DNA of 64,000 nucleotides from a virus (lineage: Duplodnaviria > Caudoviricetes), in IMG/VR virus record IMGVR_UViG_3300037461_001438, positions 1 through 64,000 of that record; one strand, given 5' to 3'. How positions within the stretch are numbered: the first letter of the stretch is position 1; the number at the start of each line of letters is the position of its first letter. The notes below the pieces were generated by a model. It was not told the origin of the DNA. It saw only the letters and a program-made list of their open reading frames with translations, and did not search any database. Shown piece after piece: positions 57,186-64,000 of this stretch. Made by a program: the position numbers and the translations under genes.

Positions 57186-57821
57186 ATGGAAGAGCTGGCA
57201 GTTGTCAATGTCACCCAGGAGTTCAGCATCGACAAGCAAGACGTCGTCACCGTCGCGATTGCCCGCGGTGAGGCGAAGATCAAAAACAAAATCCGCATGC
57301 TCCAGGCCCAGATCGCCGACCTGAAAAAGTCAAACGAGGCGATTGAGGCCGAATACAAGGCGATCGGCGAAAAGGAAGTCATGTCCCGGCTTGCCGGCAA
57401 GCACAAGGCCGCTGAAAAAGTTGTCGATGCCATTCGAAACGATCTTGGCATCGAAAAGACTTCATGCACCATCGAGACGCAAGTCTACACCGTAGCAAAT
57501 TCCAGCGTGAAGCTTGTTAATTCCGGCACTCTCTTTATCAAAATCAACTCAGACAAAAGCGATGTCGAAAGAATCGCTTTCGAAGCGACCGCAAAGCAGC
57601 GGGAGCTTTCGGAAAAATTTTCCGCCAACGAACAGCAAATTTCCGAACTTACCGCCGAGGCTGTCTCTTGGAAGCGCAAGCTTTCCGACATGCCTGCTTT
57701 CGAGCGCCAGATGCGCGCAGCGATCGTGGAGCAGCAGCTCGAGAAGACCGTCGCCGGTCGTGAAATCCTCGAATCGCTGGGCAAAAATTTCGAAGAATCG
57801 ATCAAGATGATCGGCGCATGA
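57186..57821 (+). CDS. Coiled-coil hypothetical protein
   Basis: AAGGAG RBS. Confidence 0.6.
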   Translation: MEELAVVNVTQEFSIDKQDVVTVAIARGEAKIKNKIRMLQAQIADLKKSNEAIEAEYKAIGEKEVMSRLAGKHKAAEKVVDAIRNDLGIEKTSCTIETQVYTVANSSVKLVNSGTLFIKINSDKSDVERIAFEATAKQRELSEKFSANEQQISELTAEAVSWKRKLSDMPAFERQMRAAIVEQQLEKTVAGREILESLGKNFEESIKMIGA

Positions 57822-58909
57822 TTGCTTTCATTAAAAAAGACTCAGGCGACTGGGTCTTTACAGAAAATCAAAACAGCATCCTTGAATCCGATCATGTCAT
57901 GTTTGTCGATGAAGAGGAGATCAACCAGGCAGGCAGAGGCTACGATGGCATGCGTGAGCTGTTCACAAAAAAATACAAGCTCTTGAAGCCTGACATAGAT
58001 GCGTTTGTTTTTGAAAAATACGAGCCGATTTGCTCGATCAACAACGGTGCCGCACCTGGATCGCATCGTGTCGTTATCGCAAACGAAAAAAATGTTTCAT
58101 TTGGAATCTTGAAAGTTATTTGCGATGCAATCGATTCTTACGATCTTCAAACATGGGGCAAGGTTGCTACTTTTTTTGAAGATGGTGTTACCGAATCGCT
58201 CTGCGCTTTCATATCAAACGAACTTTTAGGGCGCGTTGAAGGCAGACTGCCAAGCGATAAACACTCTTACCTTTGTGCCAGCGGCCTGCTCAAAAGAGGG
58301 CCAGTCCCGCATCGCACGCTCAGGGCTATCGCAAAAAAATTCAACGAAAACGGCTATCATTTCCATGTTGAAATAACACCCGACGAAAAAGGGCGAAATG
58401 CAACCGCATGCGGCGGGATCAGATTCGTCCTTGAGGAAAACAAGGCCGCAGCCGAAAAGCAGCTTGAACAGATCAACAAAGCCAAGGCTGCCATTGAAAA
58501 AAGAAAAAGGCCGCCTAAAAAACAAAAGGAAGATAGCTATAATTTTAGCAGGGATGACATTTATCAACTTATCAATTTTATTCAAAAGGATCTGAAGGAT
58601 TACTTTTCCGACAAGTTCAAGTTCGATCAATACGATCCAGTACGGTTTTGGCCGCAAGCCGGGCCACTCACCAATTCATATAAAATGCTTCGCGCCTACA
58701 TGCTGATGAGCTACCATGACATGACCCACCAGCTCAGACGGAGGCGCAGGCAAGGCGAATGGCAAATGATCATGAACCGCTGGCGCAAAACGCCGCAGAA
58801 GCGCAAGGAAGCTCTCACGAAAGAGCTTAGCAACGCCACCACCATCATTAGATATTTTGACGAAGAGGCGAAATCCACCAAAAAACACTTGACAAAAATT
58901 CTTACTTAA
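57818..58909 (+). CDS. Hypothetical protein (363 aa)
   Basis: Long ORF with ATGA overlap. Confidence 0.6.
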   Translation: MIAFIKKDSGDWVFTENQNSILESDHVMFVDEEEINQAGRGYDGMRELFTKKYKLLKPDIDAFVFEKYEPICSINNGAAPGSHRVVIANEKNVSFGILKVICDAIDSYDLQTWGKVATFFEDGVTESLCAFISNELLGRVEGRLPSDKHSYLCASGLLKRGPVPHRTLRAIAKKFNENGYHFHVEITPDEKGRNATACGGIRFVLEENKAAAEKQLEQINKAKAAIEKRKRPPKKQKEDSYNFSRDDIYQLINFIQKDLKDYFSDKFKFDQYDPVRFWPQAGPLTNSYKMLRAYMLMSYHDMTHQLRRRRRQGEWQMIMNRWRKTPQKRKEALTKELSNATTIIRYFDEEAKSTKKHLTKILT

Positions 58910-58916
58910 GGAAAGA
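58889..58916 (+). promoter_or_regulatory. Promoter/operator upstream of the tRNA cluster
   Basis: TTGACA-AAAAT-TCTTAC-TTAAG-GAAAGA. Confidence 0.5.
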
Positions 58917-59100
58917 ATGATTTATGCGCGCCGCCGGAGACACCATCTTTTCCAAACTGAAAAGCAAGACGATCCTCTCACGCAAGCCGAACCTCAAGAT
59001 CTGTTCGAACCATCAAAAGGACGAAGGCCCAAGGGTCTATCGGTACTGGGATTCAATGGTGAAAGGCACGGCTTACTCCGACGGCAAAGGCTGGTACATC

Positions 59101-59175
59101 AGCGGGGTAGCCAAACGGTAAGGCAGCGGATCGATAATCCGTCATTTGCAGGTTCGATTCCTGCCCTCGCTACCA
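59101..59175 (+). tRNA. tRNA-Ile(GAT) with non-canonical C33
   Basis: AGCGGGG/CCTCGCT acceptor, GCGGA-TCGATAA-TCCGT anticodon arm, GCAGG-TTCGATT-CCTGC T arm, encoded CCA. Confidence 0.85.
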
Positions 59176-59179
59176 AATT

Positions 59180-59358
59180 GGGGGATTCATCCAACCGGGA
59201 ATGAATACCGGCGAAAAGGCACAATCGGAGCAAGGCCGAAAAGCTCCGCAACCTCAGAGAGGCAGGCAAAGTACGCTTTTGGGCCCAAAAGCGAGAAATG
59301 CCAAAAAAGGACCCGACTTTTTTAAGCGGAAATGCGGGTTCAAATCCCGCATCCCCCA
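59180..59358 (+). ncRNA. tRNA-framed 179-nt RNA with ~110-nt multi-hairpin insert
   Basis: GGGGGAT/ATCCCCC acceptor, GCGGG-TTCAAAT-CCCGC T arm, D-loop-like AACCGG; no normal anticodon arm. Confidence 0.65.
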
Positions 59359-59364
59359 ATCTCT

Positions 59365-59658
59365 ATGGACTTAATAGACGCTCCAAGATGGATCATTGAA
59401 AGATTCTCGAAAAACACTATTGCCCCTGGTTTTTATCTCGTTGCTGTTGCATGCATAAAGGAATGCATCATTTATGGAGCACGATCATTCAACTTCATTA
59501 AATGCTACCCCCCGCAAATTTATTTCATTGCGGTGCATGTCAACCACGGCTTGAATTGGTTTTTTCTTTACAACAAAGACAACCCGAAACAAATAGGCAT
59601 GTTTTTAGACGAAAGCGATTTCAAAGAAAACTTCATGATTGTGGAGAGACTTCTATGA
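59365..59658 (+). CDS. Hypothetical protein
   Basis: A+T-rich ORF with ATGA overlap. Confidence 0.5.
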   Translation: MDLIDAPRWIIERFSKNTIAPGFYLVAVACIKECIIYGARSFNFIKCYPPQIYFIAVHVNHGLNWFFLYNKDNPKQIGMFLDESDFKENFMIVERLL

Positions 59659-60008
59659 AAACCTGCTACTACGCGCACTCGGTCGCACTCTACGGAACTC
59701 CGCAGGAATCCCGCGACATCGAGATGCTCCAAAAAATGTTCTTCGTCTTGAACCCGAGCGAGGCGATCCATCAGGAGGCCTACAAGACCAGGGGCGGAAT
59801 GCAATACTTCAAGGAGATCGTGCAGAAGTGCGATCTGCTCGCCTTCCGCGCTCATGTTGACGGTAAGATCGGCGCCGGAGTTGCTACTGAAATCGAGTGG
59901 GCCCTGGCGGCGGATCTTCCGGTTATCGAACTGCCGACGATGATGTTCGCAAGGTTTCTATCTATCGATAGCACAAAGCAGTACCTGAAGGAGATCGGCC
60001 AAAGATGA
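59655..60008 (+). CDS. Nucleoside 2-deoxyribosyltransferase-like protein
   Basis: YYAH, VLNPS, CDLLAF, GAGVATEIEWA....LPV. Confidence 0.65.
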   Translation: MKTCYYAHSVALYGTPQESRDIEMLQKMFFVLNPSEAIHQEAYKTRGGMQYFKEIVQKCDLLAFRAHVDGKIGAGVATEIEWALAADLPVIELPTMMFARFLSIDSTKQYLKEIGQR

Positions 60009-60680
60009 CTACCGAAGATGCCGGCCTCTCCGTAGCAACACACAATCTGCAGGGATCGTGACGATGGAATTCTTGGTCTTCCACAGCACATACGGCAGGG
60101 CGATCTGGTCGCGGCGGCTCTCGCGCATGACTTCGTCGAACCAGGCCTCGCCGACCGTCACCGACCGCGGGTGGTTGTGGCGTCTCAAAATGATACCGCC
60201 CATCCAAAGGCCGCTCGATTCGGGGCAACCCTCGGAGCGGTACCTTTCAACCTGCCGGCGGATGACTTCCGAGTTGTCCTTGCCGTTCCGGATGCAGAGG
60301 GCCGCCTCATGATAGAGATTCGAATGGACCGCTCCCTTCGGGGCATAGCGAGCGACGTCGTAGGCCTGCTGCGCATGAAAATGGCCAGGCTTCACAAGAT
60401 ACCTGTCAACAAGGATTCTCGGGTCCTCGAGGAGCGCCATATCCCCGTCGATCCAAACGCTAAAGTCGTATCCGGGGAAGTGGCGGTGCGGCATGAGCTT
60501 GAAAAAGCGAGACGATCGTGATGGGTCGCCCGCGACAGGAAGCGCCGGGCAATACCGGCCTTGCCACGCGGGGGAGCTGAACGGCCGGTCGGTGAACATG
60601 CAGTAGTCGGCGCCGCCTGGCTGATCGTGGGCGATCGCGTCCTTGCCGCCGAAGATAGCCGAGAAGACGATGATTTTCAT
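60009..60680 (-). CDS. DUF616-like glycosyltransferase, inverted relative to its neighbours
   Basis: VFSAIFGGKD, CMFTD, SRFFKLMPH, SVWIDGD, RDQIALPY. Confidence 0.75.
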   Translation of the reverse strand: MKIIVFSAIFGGKDAIAHDQPGGADYCMFTDRPFSSPAWQGRYCPALPVAGDPSRSSRFFKLMPHRHFPGYDFSVWIDGDMALLEDPRILVDRYLVKPGHFHAQQAYDVARYAPKGAVHSNLYHEAALCIRNGKDNSEVIRRQVERYRSEGCPESSGLWMGGIILRRHNHPRSVTVGEAWFDEVMRESRRDQIALPYVLWKTKNSIVTIPADCVLLRRGRHLR

Positions 60681-60710
60681 TGCCTAAACTTATCACAAAA
60701 GGTGAGAAAA

Positions 60711-60950
60711 ATGAAGCGTTTACTCGATGCCTGCCTTGCCGGGGCAGCCATATTTGCCTTTCTGATATTAATCTTTTCTGTCTGCTTTTCGGCCTACATG
60801 GGATTCTACGTCACAAACAACTACGACCGCGTCAACGACGAAATAATCCGAGTTACCGCCCACATGAAGGCCTGTGTTGATCGGTTCGACGCCCAGGCCC
60901 TGCACTTTAACCGCAAACTTGCCCAGTTTGAAAAGGCATCCAAGAGGTAG
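60711..60950 (+). CDS. Small membrane protein
   Basis: N-terminal TM segment. Confidence 0.5.
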   Translation: MKRLLDACLAGAAIFAFLILIFSVCFSAYMGFYVTNNYDRVNDEIIRVTAHMKACVDRFDAQALHFNRKLAQFEKASKR

Positions 60951-60952
60951 CC

Positions 60953-61447
60953 ATGGTCCTTATCAAGTTCAAAAAGGTTCACCCCAACGCGGTCATCCCG
61001 AAGTACCAGACGTTCGGCGCGGCCGGGTTCGACCTGCACGCAGTTGAGTTCACACGGCTTAACTCGGCGCGTGGCGTAACACTTGTGCGTACCGGGCTTG
61101 CCGTCGAGATCCCGAAGGAGATCACCATACGGGATCTGTTTTCGTTCAAGGCAGAGCTCATGCTCCGGCCGCGAAGCGGACTTTCAACCAAGGGCCTCAT
61201 GATCGTGAACTCGCCTGGGACGATCGACTCCGACTACAGAGGCGAAATCATGGTCCCGATGCGGCTTCTGCCCGGCGATGAAAGAACGCAGCCTGCCAAG
61301 GACATGCCCTGGACGCATGACATCCATCCTGGCGACCGTATCGCCCAGGGGGTCATCAACATCATCCTGACGCCGTGGATCATCGAGGCGGAAGAGCTCT
61401 CGAGCACGGCCCGAGGCGCCGGCGGTTTCGGAAGCACGGGGGTATGA
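60953..61447 (+). CDS. dut: Trimeric dUTPase
   Basis: All five motifs: AGFDL, PRSG, GTIDSDYRGE, GDRIAQ, RGAGGFGSTG. Confidence 0.96.
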   Translation: MVLIKFKKVHPNAVIPKYQTFGAAGFDLHAVEFTRLNSARGVTLVRTGLAVEIPKEITIRDLFSFKAELMLRPRSGLSTKGLMIVNSPGTIDSDYRGEIMVPMRLLPGDERTQPAKDMPWTHDIHPGDRIAQGVINIILTPWIIEAEELSSTARGAGGFGSTGV

Positions 61448-61649
61448 CATGAAAATCAGCGTTGCCGGCAGCAAGACTTATTCGGTGCGGGAGTTCATCC
61501 AAATTACCGCCCAAAAAGTCGATATAACCGTCGAGGTGCTTGATGGCTACCCAGTCATTCCTGAAGATCATGACTGGCCGCACGAAATCGTCAAGGTTAT
61601 CAAGTTGCTTCGATGTATCCCGTGCGAATCGAGATCGAGGACGAAATAG

Positions 61650-61922
61650 ATGGGCTTCGAATACGTCTGCGTTCACCCTGAAAACTGCAAGTGGCGCTCG
61701 TACCGGCTGAATACCGACGTCGAACATGACGGAGCGCTGTGTCCCGGCTGCAGCCAGCCCCTTGTGAAACGAATCTATGGCTTCAAGGAGGAGCCTGTTG
61801 CCGAGGCCGTTCCTCCGATGGCCAAGACTGCAAAAAGGACAAAGAAAAATGAGCTCTCAGAAGTCGACCGCCTCAATCTTGCCAGAGAAGAAGCCAATCT
61901 ACGCGGCGGGGGGTCTTTATAG
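61650..61922 (+). CDS. Zinc-ribbon hypothetical protein
   Basis: CVHPENC...CPGC. Confidence 0.5.
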   Translation: MGFEYVCVHPENCKWRSYRLNTDVEHDGALCPGCSQPLVKRIYGFKEEPVAEAVPPMAKTAKRTKKNELSEVDRLNLAREEANLRGGGSL

Positions 61923-62208
61923 GTCCGGCGGTGAGTTGCGGTTCTGTCTCGTGAAACCAAGCGGTAGAAACGCACTACCATACATTACCCAAAACAGCAT
62001 GGTAACGCTTTTCAGCTCGACAAAACATCATGCGCACCTCTACGAACTCGAAGTGGGAGAGCTCTATGTTACCGCAAAGCTCAGCATGCGGTCTTATGAG
62101 GCGGAGGTGTACGGTGTTGAGACATATATGACTCATCAACTGCCGACAGAGGAGGCATGTCTTGTCTGGTCGGCAATCAAAAACAACAAATACTGGGAGG
62201 TGGATTGA

Positions 62209-62658
62209 ATGGAAGGGCTTCCGATGGAAGAACGCATGCGCCGGTTCGAGGAGTTCCAGCAGGAGATGGCGAAGCTCCTGCGCGGCAAAGGAGCCGACTA
62301 CACCGCCGGCAAAAAGGACGAGGACAGCCTCTACAATTTCAGGGCGATCGCCAAATTTCTCGAGGGGGCGCCGATCACCCCATATACCGTGGCCATGATC
62401 TATATGCTGAAGCATACCTTCAGCCTGATTACCTTCGCCAAGACCGGCGTGCAGGAGTCCGGCGAAGGGATCCGCGGACGCCACATCGACCAGGCAAACT
62501 ACACCTTTTTGCTGAACGAGCTTGCGAAAGAACATGCCGCCATCTGCCAACGACAACTATTTCGAGCACGGGTACGGGCTTGTCACTCAGCATTACCGGA
62601 AAAGGAAGGCGATCAGGAGCGCCAAGACGATCGAAAAGTATCTGGTGATATGCATTAA
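62209..62658 (+). CDS. DUF1599/nucleotide-modification-associated-like protein
   Basis: KGADY...D.LYNF, YMLKH, D.ANY. Confidence 0.55.
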   Translation: MEGLPMEERMRRFEEFQQEMAKLLRGKGADYTAGKKDEDSLYNFRAIAKFLEGAPITPYTVAMIYMLKHTFSLITFAKTGVQESGEGIRGRHIDQANYTFLLNELAKEHAAICQRQLFRARVRACHSALPEKEGDQERQDDRKVSGDMH

Positions 62659-62947
62659 CCCTTACCAGGAAACTGTTTTTGGCTTCACGAACGAGCCGAT
62701 GCCAAAGCCAACAAAGACCATATCCTTCGGGCTGCTTGGCGTCTATCGTGCCGCAAAGATAAGAATCACCAGCGCCTGGAAAAGAAAGTACATCAAAAAC
62801 ATCTACGTTGTCTGCGAGAACCCGAGCGGTGAGCCGATCTTCGCAAGCATGATGGACGGCACCGACTTTAACAAAAGGTTCAGAATTATCCGAGAAATCG
62901 AAAAACGCCCCCCAAAAATTTAGGGGGTCAAAAGGTTCGGGGGTCAA

Positions 62948-63250
62948 ATGCCATCCGGAAAAAACTACAAACGCGACTACAAGCAGGAGCGCAAGACCGC
63001 GAAGAAGCGCGGCGAAACAGGCGTCGGCTCGAAATCGGGAGACGCCAAGCGGCACCGGGCCCGCCGCAAGGTGGCCAAAACCAAAAGTGTTGCCGGCAAG
63101 GACGTTCATCATAAGAAGAGCATCAAATCGGGCGGATCGAACAAGGCCTCAAACCTTGCCGTCGTCTCAAAAAGAAAGAACCGCTCCGCCGGCGGCAAAT
63201 CCGGCAACCGCCGCGGCAAAGCTGCCGGCGGCAGAAAAGGCAAACGATGA
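62948..63250 (+). CDS. Basic HNH-like protein
   Basis: KDVHHKK.IKSGGSN..SNL.VVS..KNRS. Confidence 0.65.
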   Translation: MPSGKNYKRDYKQERKTAKKRGETGVGSKSGDAKRHRARRKVAKTKSVAGKDVHHKKSIKSGGSNKASNLAVVSKRKNRSAGGKSGNRRGKAAGGRKGKR

Positions 63251-63486
63251 CAACCAAGGTAATCCACCTCAAAAAAGAAACTGAAACCCAGGAGTTCCTG
63301 AAAAAACTTTACGACCTGGTCGGCTCCGGAGAGGTAACCGACCTCGTCGTCATGGCCAGATACAAGGACAAAACGTCCGAATATTCATGGTTCGGCGACG
63401 ATTCCTCGTTCAAATGCCTTGGCATGGCAACCTATATGGTGAACCGAATCGATGACTACATTACCGAAAACGAAGTCGAAGTCTAA
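63247..63486 (+). CDS. Hypothetical protein
   Basis: ATGA overlap with the upstream gene. Confidence 0.55.
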   Translation: MTTKVIHLKKETETQEFLKKLYDLVGSGEVTDLVVMARYKDKTSEYSWFGDDSSFKCLGMATYMVNRIDDYITENEVEV

Positions 63487-63795
63487 AAAAGGGGGAGCGC
63501 AGGTGCAGGGGGTTATTTTTCAATATACCTGCAGCTGCACCGGGGACGACTCAAAGAAATGCGAAACGCACAAGAAAAGCGTCCATCGTGTTTTTGCAAA
63601 ATGCAAAATCTGCGGCGAAGAAATCGTTCTGAAGCTTTCCCAATACAACCCCTCGAGCCTGTTTCTTTGCCGCAGGCACAAGGCGACCCGCGAACGCTAC
63701 ATGAACTTTGTCGCCCAACATCAGCGCCGCGGAACAAAAACCATCGTCCCGAGCTGGGATGAGTATCTCTTAAGATACGAAGAAAGAGACGCAAC

Positions 63796-63966
63796 ATGTG
63801 GACCACAACGTTAGCTGTTATCGCAGTTTTTGCCTACCTTCTTGTTGGCTTTGCCGCAACAGTTCTTTACCCATGGCCAATGCCAATCAAATTCAAAATC
63901 AAGCTCTGCTTGTTGTGGCTGCCTGCTTTTGTTTCAAACAGGTTTTGGAATTATCTGCATTCATAA
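63796..63966 (+). CDS. 56-aa membrane peptide (not in the ORF track)
   Basis: MWTTTLAVIAVFAYLLVGFAATVLYPW... Confidence 0.45.
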   Translation: MWTTTLAVIAVFAYLLVGFAATVLYPWPMPIKFKIKLCLLWLPAFVSNRFWNYLHS

Positions 63967-64000
63967 ATTTTTAAGTATGTAACTTTTTGAAACTGTTTTC

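Noticed and set aside
59180-59358. tmRNA, tRNA-Sec or c-di-GMP riboswitch
   Set aside because: It has no G3-U70 pair or tag-like ORF and is too short for tmRNA. It has no UCA anticodon arm. Resemblance to the riboswitch consensus is only superficial (AAAAGGCA).
6086-63513. 13-mer AGGTGCAGGGGGT shared by 6086-6098 and 63501-63513
   Set aside because: Matches of this length are expected by chance in 64 kb, and the contexts are unrelated.
1-64000. Genome-wide stop-codon reassignment (TGA or TAA) as the explanation for the in-frame stops
   Set aside because: Capsid, chaperone and many ATGA-overlap genes end in TGA, and the portal and tube genes end in TAA, each with the next gene following tightly. 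Both codons are normal stops.

Overview
The window is a large part of a temperate, long-tailed (siphovirus-like) dsDNA phage. The attP site (3' half of tRNA-Pro(TGG)) is uninterrupted next to the integrase, so this looks like the free, unintegrated form. Layout: (1) an inverted packaging operon on the minus strand (terS, terL, methyltransferase, glycosyltransferase, hydrolase, small basic ORF, portal); (2) a shared bidirectional promoter; (3) scaffold, major capsid, glycosyltransferases and a long run of virion-accessory genes; (4) neck, tail tube, frameshifting tail chaperone, a 2596-aa tape measure protein and a lambda-type tail tip; (5) lysis genes; (6) attP-int-xis-repressor; (7) replication and early genes, tRNA-Ile, a tRNA-like RNA and dUTPase. 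The host is probably Gram-negative (lipoproteins, peptidoglycan hydrolases) and possibly a selenocysteine-using anaerobe; both points are inference. Top leads: (a) two small ORFs missed by the ORF track, each with one in-frame UGA followed exactly 15 nt later by a hairpin with an AGGU loop, i.e. candidate phage selenoproteins directly upstream of the portal and endolysin genes; (b) a tape measure protein carrying GIY-YIG, TnsA-like PD-(D/E)xK nuclease and HExxH domains; (c) a 179-nt tRNA-framed RNA; (d) a recurring promoter/operator motif; (e) a possible virion glycosylation toolkit; (f) A+T-rich cassettes inside virion genes. All protein assignments come from motif recognition by eye; no database searches were run.
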